Shown piece by piece: positions 12,939-27,899 of a DNA stretch of 64,000 bases. Position numbers and translations under genes: made by a program. Source of the stretch: the human T2T-CHM13v2.0 reference genome, Homo sapiens; assembly GCF_009914755.1 (NCBI RefSeq), contig NC_060940.1. The stretch is one strand, 5' to 3'. How positions within the stretch are numbered: the first letter of the stretch is position 1; every line of letters begins with the position of its first letter. The notes under the pieces are model-generated. The model saw only the letters and a program-made list of their open reading frames with translations. It was not told where the DNA came from and ran no database searches.

Positions 12939-12963
12939 ATCTAAAAAATGGAAAATTTGAGCT

Positions 12964-13480
12964 ATAGTGAGGTTAACAGATCAGGAAGTATCTGCCATTG
13001 AAAAGATTGTTACTCATGTTCCCAAGAGGAGGGGGCAGGCCATGCCACATGGGGCCACATGGGGACACACGAGGATCCATCCTGCGTGTGGCAGAGGGTG
13101 GAAGGAGGACCATGGCCAGGAGCCTGTATTGTGGTTTCTGTGTAAGGATCAGGTAGGCAGCATAAGGAGATTTAGGAATGGCTGGTTTGAATAATGGCAG
13201 AGAGGTCTGGGGCATAGGAGCTGTTCCTAATTGGTACCTGGCCCTGGGGTGATTAGGGCCGGTGGACAGTGGCCTGGAGTGTGAGAGCAGGAAAGAAGAG
13301 GTAGTTGGGGGATCTGGGTTCTGGACTGGTTGGCTTGTATTTGAAATGCATACTTACACAGGACTTGTTTCTAGTCTCTAGGAATTAGCTGACCCTAGGA
13401 AGGGCGGTCCCTCCAGAGTCAGCAAGGTCTCAGATGTTAAAGCAACAGAATATAAGAAATAAATGACATGGATCAAAGAC
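12964..13480. mobile_element. ERVL-class LTR (MER76-like)
   Basis: gttaacagatcagg...ctgccattgaaaagat...ggtacctggccctggggtgattagggc resembles my recall of the consensus. Confidence 0.5.
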
Positions 13481-13860
13481 CAAGAGCCTGGTCTACTTAG
13501 CGGCAGGGCCAGGTTTCAAATTCAAGTCTCCACATCCAATGGCTAGTTTATCTCTTGTGCTGCCTACTTTGGGTGGTCATGGTTCTAAATGCCCCATTGG
13601 ATATCCTGGTTGTTGGCTGAATTCACAGAGGTATAATGGCTACAGAAGTACAAGCAAAACTCTACCTCAACCAGCCTCCCCTGGAGGCCCTCAGGGCCTT
13701 CGTTCTGTAAACCTGCAAGCTCCACTGTATTCCATTTTGAAGCTTACTCCATTCCTTCAACTGATCTGAACCCATTTTTTTTTTATGTCAAGAGTGGAAA
13801 TATATGGTAAAAATTATATGATGGTAGCATCTGGCATCATAAACCTTCCTAGGGAGGAAT

Positions 13861-14163
13861 GGTGGTGGTGGTTGTTGTTTTGAGACAGAGTTTCACTCTG
13901 TCACCCAGGCTGGAGTGCCGTGGCGTGATCTTGGCTCACTGCAACTTCTGTCTCCCAGGTTCAAGCGATTCTCGTGCCTCAGCATCCTGAGTAGCTGGGA
14001 TTACAGGCATGTGCCAACGTGCCTGGCTAATTTTTGTATTTTTAGTAGAGATGGGGTTTCACCACGTTCACCAGACTGGTCTCAAATGCCTGACCTCAAG
14101 TGATCCACCTACCTTAGCCTCCCACAGTGCTGGGATTACAAGTATGAGCCACTGCACCTGGCC
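13861..14163 (-). mobile_element. AluS
   Basis: Dimer, TSD tagggaggaat, tail turned into GGT/GTT repeats. Confidence 0.95.
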
Positions 14164-15235
14164 ATTAGGGAGGAATTTTGTTTGGAAAAATAGTAAGGCA
14201 GGACAGTGAGACTGGAAGGAGTCCTGTGTGAGCCAAGTTAATGAAAGAGAATGACCAAGTTCCTCTGCCCATGTCAAGGAGACTGATGTGTTTTGCTCTA
14301 GACCAGGGCAGAGAGAGAGGAAGGCACAGAAAGAGGTGGAGACACAGGTCAGATTGATGGTGGATGATGAACATTTTAAGAACAAGGATGTACCTTTCAA
14401 CTTGTAATTGTGTGCTCATTCTCCACCCAACTTCCTACCTCACCTAAATCATTGTACTGTGTATAAATGGGGATTTTGTTGGAAATGGAGAAAAGAGCTG
14501 AGTTTCATACAAGGGTCAATTGTTTCTGCAGCAGAGACAGCACATGCCAAGACAAGAGCGGCAAAGCAGAGGTGATCCCCAGAAAGCCAGCCATCTGGGT
14601 ATCAAAGATCTCACAGAGGGCTTTGGGACTGGGGGTGTTGACCAGGCTTACCTTCATCTCAAGGGACTGTAGAGCACTGCATACATCTGTTTTTCACTTA
14701 CATATTTCTGCTCCTATATAATCAGTGTCAGTGTACCTTTTACTCAATATCTCTGAGCCTTAGTTTTCTCATCTGTCAAATGGGGATAAAATCTGGTTTG
14801 TCTGCATCATAGACCTATTGTAAGGGCTAAAGTCTAGTGTGGATAATTTATAAATAAGGCCAAAATGTTGCCTGGAAATGTGCTAATCCTGCTTTTTGCT
14901 GTGTCTTGGAATTGTGTTCTCTGGTCTCCATTGGACTATCTCTTTATGGAAAGAACACGAGAGATTGTGCAGCTTTTCCTATAGTGTGTGGATTTACAGG
15001 AGCAAAGGCATCACTTTGTGAACAAACTTGGCAAACACTGGAAAGAGAGAAGTGAGAAGACAGTATCCCTGTCCTCAGAGAACTGAAGACCTCTACCTGC
15101 CATTAAGCAAATGCCATGGTTTACATTCTAGAGTAGAGGCGTGAACCAAGTGTTGAGTTCTAGTGACACACGTTTATTTCTGTTTGGGAGAGTTAAAGAA
15201 AAGCCCCTGGAATAAGCAGGAATTTTTCAGCAGTG

Positions 15236-15625
15236 AATATATAAATATTTGCAGGCAACTATATGATATATAGTTACATATTTATATATAACTGTATGAT
15301 ATATAGTTGCTTATTTATATATAACTATATGATACAGTTTTATATATATAGCTACATATAGAACTTTATAATACAGTTTTATATATATAGCTACATATAG
15401 AACTTTATAATATATAGTTATATGGTTACATATTTATATGTAAGTAGTATAGTTATATATAGTTACATATCTCCATATAACTATAAATATGTACAGATAC
15501 AAATATATGTATATAATGTATATATAAAATATATACCTATATAAATTATACAAATATATGTTCATAGTATACATACATATATATGGTTATATGTACATAT
15601 ATACATGCTTACATAGATATATATT
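15236..15625. repeat. (TA)-rich low-complexity tandem repeat
   Basis: TA-rich, with an internal duplication of about 40 bp (atacagttttatatatatagctacatatagaactttata). Confidence 0.85.
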
Positions 15626-16221
15626 GCAAAATGTGGTTTTCAGTTGACTTATTTCTTATCGATGTCAAATATATGTTACAACAGGAGTAACATCCATAAA
15701 GTTACTTTGCTTATTTGAATAGTTATTAATTTAAATCACATTTAATTTTTGGGTATCTGTTTTTAATCCATCAGGATAATTTCACATGAGTATTTATTTT
15801 TTGCTAACATTCTGGCCAAAAGCTGAAACACCTCTGTACCCTTTTCATTCTTTTCTTCTCCTTTTCTTTTCTTTGCTTCCGTACTTTACACAGAAAACCT
15901 GGAACCAAAAAATACTCCTTCTGGAATATTCTACCTATCTTGGTGTCTTCCTGGGAAGTATATAGCTTTCAGGTTTGTAGCCAGCTTTCTGGAAACAAAT
16001 TAAACTACTAACTGTCCCATGACCTGAGCTAGACCAGTGTCTGGAGCCAGTTCTCCTCCAGAGTGTCTCACTGATCGTTGCTGATGGAATTTCAATTTTG
16101 GCCCTATTTCAGTGCACATTCTCAAGCTGAGTGACTTAGCAAGTTCGAATATTAAAATTACTAGGCTGCTGATGGTGATGGTCATGTTGCATAGCTACCA
16201 TATTTAAAATAAACTCAGTCT

Positions 16222-16652
16222 CCGTGGCAAGTTGCAAAATGTCCCCAATTCTCCATACCTCCCTAAAACCAGGGAAACTCTACAACCTATTTCACTAAGG
16301 TGTGGGGTCTGCTTCCCACATCCTTGAATTTTTTAGCTCACCTTGTAACTTGATTTGGCTAATAGGATGCAACAGACCTGACTTTGCAATTTTACACCTG
16401 GGGTCATTTTTTCTTTGTCATTTGGATCCTGAGGAATAGCCTGGTTGCTTCTCATTGCTCCAGGTGACACCATCACAACCTCCATAAACAGTCATTTTGG
16501 TTACCTGCAGCTCACCACAAAGCAGGAGGAAGCCCAGCTGAAAACAGATGAACCACTCAGCTGAGCCTAGCCCAAATTGCTGATTCATTAGTATCATAAA
16601 GAAAATAAATGGTTATTGTTTTAAACCACTAAATTTTGGGATGGCTATTATG
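16222..16652 (+). mobile_element. MLT1 LTR (old, G/H-like)
   Basis: aataaatggttattgttttaaaccactaaattttggg terminal motif. Confidence 0.65.
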
Positions 16653-16654
16653 TT

Positions 16655-16984
16655 AAAAAAGGATGAGTTTATGTCCTTTGTAGGGACATGGATGAAGCTG
16701 GCAACCATCATTATCAGCAAACTATCGCAAGGACAAAAAGCAAACAGCTTATGTTCTCATTCATAGGTGGGAATTGAACAATGAGAACACTTGGACACAG
16801 GGCAGGGAACATCACACACCACTGCGTGTCGTGGGGTTGGGGGAGGCGGGAGGGATAGCATTAGGAGATATACCTCATGTAAATGATGAATTAATGGGTA
16901 CAGCACACCAACATGGCATATGTAGACATGTAACAAACCTGCCCATTGTGCACATGTACCCTAGAACTTAAAGTATAATAAAAA
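16655..16984 (+). mobile_element. L1PA (4-6-like) 3' end
   Basis: gaattgaacaatgagaacacttggacacagg...cacatgtaccctagaacttaaagtataata. Confidence 0.92.
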
Positions 16985-16999
16985 GTTAATCATATTAGT

Positions 17000-17490
17000 A
17001 TATGTAATTGTCTAATAAATCATCACAAACTTAGATTAAAACAACGGATAGTTATTATATGACAGTTTCTGAGGTTCAGGAATTTGGGAGCTGTTTAGAG
17101 AGGGCATTCTGCCCCAGGGTCTGTCATGAGTTTGCAGTCATCTGAAGGTCTGACTGGGACTGGGAGAGCTACTCCCAAGATGGCTCACACATGTGGCTTT
17201 TGGCAAAATTCCTGTTTCTTGTCATGGAGGACCTTCCACAGGACTGTCTGAGCATCCTCACAACATGGCTGCTGGCCGCCCTTCAGAGCCATGGATCCAA
17301 GAGAGAAGGTAAAGAAGAAATCACAGTGCCTTTTATGACACAATTTTGGAAGTCACCCACTGTCACTTTTTCCATATTCTATTTATTAGAGAGTCACTAA
17401 AGTCCAGCCTTGACTCAAGGGAGGTGGTGGCTCCATTTTTTAAAAAAAAAAGTGTCAGCAAATCTGTGGATGTATTCTAAAACCACCATA
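17000..17490 (-). mobile_element. MLT1F-like LTR
   Basis: cccaagatggctcacacatgtggc...aaaaccaccata. Confidence 0.75.
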
Positions 17491-17609
17491 CCAGCTGATA
17501 GAGCCTCACATAGATAATTGAAATGTTTAAGGAGATTTTTTCATAAAGCCACAGCCATACCCTGACCATATGGACATGGGGATCTATTGAGGCACAGTTG
17601 CAGGTTGAC

Positions 17610-17800
17610 AGTGTGGTGGGATGAAAGTGAGTAGGCTTCACAGTCAAGCAGACTTGGGGTAGAATCTTGACTCTAGAGCCTACTAGCTGTGTGACCCTGG
17701 TCAGGTTATTTACCCTCTCTGAGCTTCAGATTTCTTATTTGTAAAATGGGGCAGATGCCATCTTCCTTACAGGATTATACAGTCATAGTGAGTGCTAGGT
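17610..17800 (+). mobile_element. MIR
   Basis: tactagctgtgtgaccctgg...gtaaaatgggg. Confidence 0.75.
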
Positions 17801-18649
17801 AAATTTAAATTTCTTTATTTTTCCATCTTCTGCCCTGAAGGCTCACCCCGTATTCCACACTGATAATGGTCCCCTGAGACCATGGGGAAAAGGAGGAAGC
17901 CTTAAGAAGTATTGGAATGATGGAGACACTAGAGTAACCATTGAGAAACCATCTCTAGTTGTGTGACCTTAGTTAGGCAAGTCACTTTCTACTTCTGAGT
18001 CGCATCTTCCACCTAAGTTAAATTCAGTATTTGAACTAGATGGTCCCTAAAGCCTCATTTAGCTTATTGAGCATCTCGTTTTTCCAGGCATGCCCTAAGA
18101 GCCCAATGTTCACGTTCTCATTTGATCCTCCTATTAGCCCTGTGTGGTGGCAAAAGGGAATCTAGGCACTGAGAATTGGAGGGACCTTTCCAAGGTCACC
18201 CACCTGGAAAACCATGGGGGAATGTCAGACTGAGCCCAGATCTATGGGGATATTAAGATCCTCACAGGGAGGTTTGTAGAATTTTAATGACAGCTTGCTT
18301 TGGGAAATTATAATTCTTTAAAAATTTCAATCAGGGCTCTCAGAACAGCACCAAAAGACTCCTTCAGGAAGCAATTAAAGGGCCTGCCCCATAGTGGGAG
18401 CACCCGTGGTAAATCACCATTTCAGCAGAGCAGTTTCTAGGCCAGGAATTAGAGGGGAAAATGAAATCATTCAAGTGGAGGGGAGGAGAAATAAATTCTT
18501 TGCTGAGGCCACAGCCGGCTAGTCTGGCACATATGGGACTTGGGCTGGCAGCTGTGCTGTGAGCATTTCCGCTTGGGATCTAGGTGGCTGGGTGGGGGTT
18601 CCAACCCTGCGTTTACATGTTGGGCTGTGTGTAAGAAGGAGCTGAGGTC

Positions 18650-18850
18650 TTGATTTTGGAGTCAGACTGCCTCGGTTTGAATCTCAATTCTGCCCCTTAA
18701 TTGAATGACCTTCTGAGTCTGTTTCCTCATCTTTACAGTAGAAGGAATAACATACTTATCTACTGGTGGGTTGTTGTGAGAATTAAATGAGATGATGCAT
18801 GCAAATCCTGGAACACATTGCCTGGGATACACCCATCCCCAGTAAAGTAG
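18650..18850 (+). mobile_element. MIR
   Basis: ggagtcagactgcctcggtttgaatc...gttgtgagaattaaatgagatgatgca. Confidence 0.75.
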
Positions 18851-18862
18851 TTTAATAGCTTA

Positions 18863-19244
<382 letters not shown>

Positions 19245-19817
19245 GGTAAAAGAGGCTTGGAAAATATACTAATATTTACTGAGGGTCCCATGAGAGCAGA
19301 AATTGTGCTTACTTTGCACATAAGTATTTCCAGTAAAATACCTGGCACATAATATGTGCTCAATTAAAATGTGCCAAATAATTGGAGCACATGGAAGACC
19401 TACTGGGGCATCCCACTTAGTCATTTTAAATGAACTAGCCAGGAATTATCCCATTTTTTTTTCCATACAGAGGTTGAAACTGAAGTTTAGGAAGACTAAA
19501 ACCTCTTCCCGTGAGCTCATAGCTTCTCACTGGGTCTCAAGTATGTCTTGCTCCGTGCGAAATAGACAAGAGAGCCAGCGTTAGTATGGATGACGCAGTA
19601 CATCCCCTTTTCCGGCCTGAGTCTGCTTCAGAAAAATAAGGAAATGTACCTGGTATGAACTTTCTCCTCTATACTAGATAACAACGACCACCATTGTTAT
19701 GGTATTTTTCTAAATCATATCTGACACTGAAACCTGAGTGGAGGAATAACAGAAATCAGTCATTAGTAAGGCTTCCTCCCCATGTCCGTTGGCTTATTCA
19801 ATTATCCTAGACCAGCC

Positions 19818-20566
19818 TGTAACCACCCAGTGGGTTCTTCTTGCCTGATGCCCAGGTACAGCCAATTTATCTAGACAGGGGGAGTGCAATAGAGAAAGAA
19901 GTTTAATACATATAGACGCAGCTAAATGGGAGACTGGAGTTTTTTTTATTACTCAAAGCAGCCTCTCCATAGTTTGCAGGCTAGGGTTTTTGAAATATAG
20001 TTTGATTGGCAGGGGACTAGGAAATGGGTGCTGCTTATTGGTTAGGAAATGTAATCATAGGTGTGTGGACAACGGTCCTCATATGCTGAGTCTGCTTCTG
20101 GGTGAGAGCTACAGGACTAGTTGAGTCATGAGTCACGGGTCTGAGTGGAATCATTTGGTTGTCAGAAATGCAAAACTCTGAAAAGATATCTCATTCGACC
20201 AATCTTAGGTTCTACAATAGTAATGTTGTTACAGGTGCAATTGGGGAAGTTATTAATCTTGTGATCTCCAGAACAGTGGCTGGTTATCGTTTAATTATGC
20301 CTACCTCTTAGCAGGATTCAAGTCCCTTTCATGATCCTAAATTTGTGGGCTTTTATTACTTTTACAGAGGCAGTTTAGTTTTGATAAGGTCTATTATGTT
20401 TTAAAATACAAACTACCTTTCTCCCAAAGTTAGCTTGGCCTATACCCCCGAACAACCAAGGGTAGTTTGTAGGTTAAAGACAAGGTGGAGTTGGTTAGAT
20501 CAGATCTCTCTCACTGATATAATTTTCTCACTGTTGTATTAAATACTTTTTGCAAAGGCACTTTCA
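19818..20566 (-). mobile_element. LTR8B-like solo LTR (ERV1)
   Basis: Reverse strand starts tgaaagtgcctttgcaaaa...gagatctgatctaaccaactcc; 4-bp TSD agcc/agct. Confidence 0.8.
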
Positions 20567-20911
20567 AGCTGAGGGCCCAGGAAACTAAGATGAGGATGGG
20601 AGCTGATCCTTTGCATTGTGGTTGCCATCTTTATTGTTGATTCTTGGGATATGCAATGTCCCTGTCTGGTGCTGAGCCTACACTGTCTCGGGCTGGTAGG
20701 GCTTGACTGCTCCAGGTGGGCTGCCAAGCACCCCCCAAGGGGTCTGCACTGACCACAAGCTCAGTATGGGGGGCCATGACCCCACTGTTCTCAAGCCTTT
20801 GTTCCTATTCCCTCATCAGAGATTCTCCCACCCTGAGGGGAGCTGTCCCTGGACCTCAGCACCCAGACACACATCCCTAACACAGCAGATCAGCACCTCC
20901 ATATGCCCAAG

Positions 20912-21090
20912 CCAGTGCTTCTAGGTGTAGCCCCTGGAGCACCTGCATTCACATCATCTGGGAATTGTTTAAAAGTGCAGTTTTCCCAGCCCATCACAGG
21001 CTTCTTAAGTGAACTTTCTTAGTATGTAGTCCAGGAATCCACAGTGGAATCTCCAGTTGATTCTGCACATTAGAATTTGAGAATCATGGG
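20912..21090. mobile_element. MER5A-like hAT MITE
   Basis: cagtgcttct...gaatttgagaatcatgg. Confidence 0.65.
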
Positions 21091-21514
21091 GCTAAACCGT
21101 TGATACCAAGCCTTGTAGGGTTTCCCTGGGTCCACATACCCAGGTGCTCGTTTAAGTGGAGAAACAGCAGGAAACATTTCTGGGTCAAAAGAAAGAAAAA
21201 TATGAGGAATTCTCATTTAGACCACAGGGTTAACTGAAACTCAGGGCATCCTATGCCAGAAACAGGAGGGAAGAAGAGGTCAAGACACAGCACTGGGAGA
21301 CCCTAAGTCCTTTATGTCACTAACTCTTTGGGTCAACTTGGCCAAGGTGCTTGTCTTCTCTGCATCTTGATTGATTTATCTGTGAAATGGAGCTAATGAG
21401 GTATCCCCAGAAATCTGAGAATTCGAAGGAGGTTGATCTGAAGAGGCTGAATGTATCAACAGTTTGCCAAGTAAACTACAAGTAGTGCCTGAACAAGGTC
21501 CAAAAGATTACCAT

Positions 21515-21815
21515 TCACATTCACCCATTAATTTATCTATTCACCCACCTACCCACTCACCCATCCATCGACCCACCCATTTATCCACCTATTCATCCAC
21601 TCATCCATTAATCTACCTGTTCACCCAGCCATTCATCTACTCATCCATCCATCCACTCCTCCTCTGTCTTTCCTTCTATTTTCCATCCATCCATCCATCC
21701 ATCCACCCCCCCACCCATCCATCTTTCCATCCACCCATCCATCCATCCACTCACCCATCCACCATCCATTCATCCAGTTATCATCAATCCATCCATCCAT
21801 CCATCATTCAGCCCA
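21515..21815 (+). repeat. Degenerate (CCAT)n repeat
   Basis: ccatccatcc arrays. Confidence 0.85.
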
Positions 21816-22412
21816 CATACATAGAGCATCAATTCCATTCCAGACACATGGACACAGTAGTGAACAAGCCTTAGTTCATATCCTAATGTACAAGATGGCC
21901 ATTGATCTAATGACCTCAACGATGTGTGAACAATGATAAGATTGAGTTCTGAAGGAAAGAACGAGATACATGGGCTACACTCCTTGCACTGTGTAAGTTC
22001 AATCTTGGTTGCTTATCTCTAGGAATGGATGAATGGTCACCAGGCGGCTTTTGAGGTTCTGAACGAGCTTAGAGGCTGCAGGACTTTGGGATGGAGAAGA
22101 GAGAGACATAGCTGTGTATACATAGCAGTTACATGAAGACGTGAGACTGCTCTTATCATAGAATAAACATCTGAGGACAGAGTAGCTTTTCTCAGGCAGG
22201 TATGGCCGTGGCCTTTAGCTGCACTTCTCAGTGGAGAAAGCAAGGCTTTGTATTAAGCTACATCTGGCTGCAAATCCCGAGTTGGTCCCTTCGGAGCTGT
22301 GTGAGTCATGCCTCAGTTTCGACAAATGTGAAGTCAGATGGAGGCAACGAGGAAATCTATACTGTCCCCGCCATTGTCACCTTTGGAAGTCCCTTAAGAG
22401 AAAGCTATTCTC

Positions 22413-22923
<511 letters not shown>

Positions 22924-23219
22924 TCATTACAGAATTACTCACAGGCTGACCACATGCCAGGAAGTGAACAACTCAGATAAAAAAGCTGCCTGGCCCTTCG
23001 TGGGTCTTACCTTTGGTTTTAGCTAGCAGACACGAGGACCCACACATGGTCTGATGTTGTGTCTGGAGTCATCATCGTTGAGGAACAAGGGGTGAGTTAC
23101 AATAAAGGTAACTGGATTTGGGACAGCCATTATACTTTGAGGAATGGTATTCTGCTGCTGCTGGACATTGGCCATGATTGTGAATGTCTATGCTTCGCCC
23201 CAGATCTAGAGATGATAAC

Positions 23220-23430
23220 ATCTATTGAGCTCTAGGCATGTGCCAGGCTGTGGATTGAAAGCCTTGTCTGACTTGCTTATTTTAATAATTCTCACTGCCC
23301 TCTGAAACGGATATTGTTATGATGTCATCTTTACAGAAGAGAAACTGAGCCTCAGAGAGATTAATAACTCCTAGGTTCACAGAGCCAGGGCCAGAGCCAG
23401 GATCAAAACACAGATGTGGCTGGCTTTAGC
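23220..23430 (-). mobile_element. MIR
   Basis: tttacagaagagaaactgagcctcagagag. Confidence 0.7.
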
Positions 23431-24244
23431 ACCCCTGCCCTTCTGCACAGCACAGCCCTTCCTCAGGTAGAATCTGCAAACCTCCACTGTCCATCACCAC
23501 CCCTGACTTTGCCAGATATTGCTGGATGTAGGTGGCTACCCAGTGAGGCTCTAGAATTCATATCCTGCTCAGACCATCTGGGCATCCTTCCTCCCTAGTG
23601 TGTGAGAAGTCTACTCCATCCATCAGTATTTCAAAGCCCCTCCCACAGGGTGTCTGACACTGAGCCACTCCATGCCATGGGCGAGAGAGGGATTGGTGTG
23701 CTTCACATCCTCCTTTCAAGCCGCTCTGAGTCTAGTACCAGGGAATGGAACATCCACACCGGCGTCCACATTGGGTTTAAAAAGAGAAAAGAAGTCTGCT
23801 TTGTTTGCTAGTAAAGTGAGGGGGAGACAGGGTTTTAATTAGTGGACTGACTTACCCGCTATTCTTGTCTTTTTAAAAAAGATTTTGTTAATAGACCACC
23901 ACTCCTGTCCTAACATGGCAGGATGTGATGGAAAGTGCACAGACGGCCCGAGGTGGGGGCCAGGCTCTGCCACATTAGATGCCTTCACGTCTCTAAGTGT
24001 CTCTAAGTCTCAGCTTTCTAATCTGTAAAAGGGACACAATCATAGGACCTCCCTCATAGGGTTATTTGAGGCTCAGACTAAATGGATGTGAGTGTGTCTT
24101 CAATGATTTACTTCTCCATTCCTTTTCTTTTCGTTTGCTCATGGATGTTTATCAAACACCAACCAAGTGCCGGATGCACTACTCTATCTTGCGACAGAGC
24201 CATGAACAGCTCAGCCAAGATCTCTGCTCTCATGGAATGGGAGT

Positions 24245-24680
24245 GCCTCATGGTGGGGTGCCTGGAGAGGACATGGAAGTTCTACGCCCTTCCCCGTATC
24301 TCACTCTATGCATATTTTTTTCCAACTGGGTGTTCCTGAGTTATATCCTTTACGATATACCGGTAATAGTAATTTCCTAAATTCTGTGAGCCGTGCTAGG
24401 CAACTATTGAACCAGAGAAGGGGGTTATGAGAATCTCTGATTTATAACCAGATGGTGAGAAGGGAAGTACAGGCTTGCTCTGAAGTGGGGCCAGTCTTGT
24501 GGGACTGGGCCCTCAACCTGTGGAATCTGATTCTAACTCCAGGTGGATCATGTCAGAATTGAACTGTAGGACACCCAGTTGGTGATGGCAGAGATTTGGA
24601 GCATTGCTTGGTGTGAAATAAAACCCAACACATATGAGTGTAGAGGTATGCTGCTTGAGTGGAGAAACAGAGTTTTCTCT
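24245..24680. mobile_element. MER21-family LTR fragment
   Basis: cttgtgggactgggccctcaacctgtggaatctga...aggacacccagttggtg. Confidence 0.75.
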
Positions 24681-24691
24681 GTTAGAAGAAA

Positions 24692-24990
24692 GGCCAGAGC
24701 AGTGGCTCACAGCCGTAATCCTAGCACTTAGGGAGGCAGAAGTAGGAGGATTGCTTGAGGCCAGGAGTTTGAGACCAGCTCTAGCAATATAGTGACACCC
24801 CATCTGTACAAAATAAAGTGAAAATAAAATCATCCCATGTGGTTGTGCATACTGTAGTCCCAGATACTCAGGAGGCTGAGGTAGGAGGATCATGTGAACT
24901 CAGGAGGTTGAGGTTGCAGCGAGCCGTGATTCTGCCACTGCTCTCCAGCCTGGGTGGCAGAGTGAGACTCTGTCTCTAAAACAAAACAAA
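24692..24990 (+). mobile_element. AluJ
   Basis: Diverged dimer; agaagaaaggc flanks. Confidence 0.9.
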
Positions 24991-25128
24991 CCAGAAGAAA
25001 GGCTACTAAGGCTGGAGAGCACAGTGGGTAAGGAGGAGGTGGCCAAGCTGAGGTCAGAGGGGGAGGTCAGATCGCCATCGAATGGACACCTCTTTTTACA
25101 ACCATGTGTTCTACATTGCAATGACAGA

Positions 25129-25384
25129 TTTTTGTTCTGTTTTGTTTTCAGACAGGGTCTTGCTCTCGCTCAGACTGGAGTGCATTGGTATGATCATGGC
25201 TCACTACAGCCTCGAAATCTTGTGCTCAAGCCATTTTCCTGCCTCTGCCAGTTTTTAAAATTTTTAGAGACAGGGGTCTCTGTATGTTGCCTAGGCTGGT
25301 GTCAGACTCCTAGCCCCAAGCAATTCTCACATATCAGCCTCCCAAAGTGCTGGGATTACATGCATGATCCACCATGTCTTGACC
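25129..25384 (-). mobile_element. AluJ with an internal deletion
   Basis: Diverged Alu missing part of the right arm. Confidence 0.85.
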
Positions 25385-26163
25385 CTTCGATTTTAGGTAT
25401 TTTTATGGCATCCCTTACCATCTTCCTTCTCTATTGTAAATCTGCCCTTTTGAGAGAGTGGGGTTAGGGATTTCTGCACCCTTTTTACTATGTCCAGGAA
25501 CATTCTTAAGGGGGTGTCTCCACCTAACAGTGCAAGGATACAGCTGCCCTTGGTATTCTTCATGGTGATAATGGAAACCTAAGTTGCTTTTTAAATTTGC
25601 TAAAAGTACCTGTTGTAATTACCGGGCCACCCGTAACGGGAGTTTATGTAATTATTAGTTTGAATGGCTCTGCTCATTATGGTACAGAATTTTAATTTGC
25701 AAATGCATCACCAGATTCTTGATTGAATTCCCTTTTGACCGTGGCGCTGAGGACATATGTTCATACATTTTCATGGCAGGAACTCTTCAGCAGAACCAAC
25801 GCTGCTCAGGAGAGGCAGGTGCACAAGGGTGGTGGGCATGTGGGCATGGTGAGTCTATGTTTGCAAGAAAGGAAGTGCAGTTGAAACAGGACAGGGGTGA
25901 CTCTTTCCCTAATGCTATATATAGTAGCCTCTGTTTGCTATAGAGGGGAGGAAGGAGACATCTCACATGTTAATTGCGCTGACCGAGCTGGGCAGGTGGG
26001 TGTTAGTTCTATGGAAGGCTTTGCTGCTGCTGATTTGTAATTGAGTTCAAGGAGAGGAGAGGACCAAAACATTTGTGGGAGACACATGGCCTTTGGCTCC
26101 TGGCCATCTTCTCCTCCGTGGCTGTGGTCCAGCAGTGGGGACATTGATTTCTCAGGCCCACCA

Positions 26164-26605
26164 TAGATTGGGTTGAACAGCGTCTGCCCAAAATTCATGT
26201 CTACCTGGAACCTCAGAATGTGGCCATATTTGGAAATAAGGCCTTTGAAGATATAATTAGTTAAGATGAGGTCATGCTGGATTTTGGGGTTGGAGTGGCT
26301 AATTCATTGACTGGTCTCCTTAAAAGAAGAGGGAAGTTTGGAGACCTACAGGGAAGGCCGTGCGATGGCAGAGGCAGAGATTTTAATGACACAGCTGAAA
26401 TTCAAGGAATGCTGCAGATTTCCAGCAGCAACAAGAAACCGGGAGGGACGCCTGATGTTCCCTCAGAGCCGCAGGATGGAACCAACCCTACCAGTGCTTT
26501 GATTTCAGACTTTCAGTCTCCAGAAGGGTGAGAGAATAATCTCCTGTTGTTTTAAGCTGCTTAGATTGTGTTACTTTCTTACGGCATCCCTGGGACACTA
26601 ATACA
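26164..26605 (+). mobile_element. MLT1B/C LTR
   Basis: gaacctcagaatgtggccatatttggaaataagg...actaataca. Confidence 0.85.
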
Positions 26606-27041
26606 CACTAGTAGGTCCTATCACAAGGACAGGGGCACTGCCATTTTATTCACTCACCCAACACCTAGTGGGTACATTACACAACAACAGATGTTTCAAT
26701 GATTTCGTATTATTTTACCTGTTTGGCATCTTCTCTCTTGCTGTCACAATCTCTTTCTCTCTATGTGTTTGTGTGTCTACGTGCGTCATATACACAACTA
26801 TTATGGGGGGTGTACTCTTTGAAGGTAATTGGAGCCATCATGAATGACATGTCCTCCCCAACTACTAGAGTCTGTATCTACTAAGAGCAAGGGTATTCTC
26901 CCATATAACCAGCATACCATTAGCTGACCTAAGACATATAACAATGATACAAGGATATTATCTACTATACAGCCTGTGTCCAAATCCTCACAGCTGTCCC
27001 AGAAGTGTCCTTTCTAGCTATCTTTAAAAAAAGAATACAGG

Positions 27042-27438
<397 letters not shown>

Positions 27439-27460
27439 TCAAGCCATTTGTTTTGTAGAA

Positions 27461-27650
27461 CAGCAGTTCTCAAAATATGCTACCTCAACCAGCAGCAGCA
27501 GCATCAACTAGGAGCTTATTAATTCATCACCCCGAATATTCTTTGGCCTCATCCCAAGCCTATTGAATCAGAAACTCTGGAAGTGGGGCCCAGAAATCCA
27601 TTCTAACAAGCCCTGCAGGGGATTCTGAGACAAGCTCAAGCTAGAGAGCT
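27461..27650. mobile_element. MER5A
   Basis: cagcagttctcaaa...tgaatcagaaactctggaagtggggcccag. Confidence 0.75.
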
Positions 27651-27899
27651 TCGGTCATAGAGTGTCTGTCTCATAATCTGGGCCTCTCTGACTGGCCCCC
27701 CAGATGAGATTCAGTTAGATAATTTTTGACAAGAATGTTACATAGGTTGATGTGGCCATCATTCAGCACATCACACCAGTGGGCAGTGAGTGATACATTT
27801 AATTGCTCTAATCAATCAGTGATAGATTTAATCACTTATTTAAGGCAGTGTCCTCCAGTCTTCTGCAATGTAGAGACGTTTCCACCTGTAATTGGTAAG

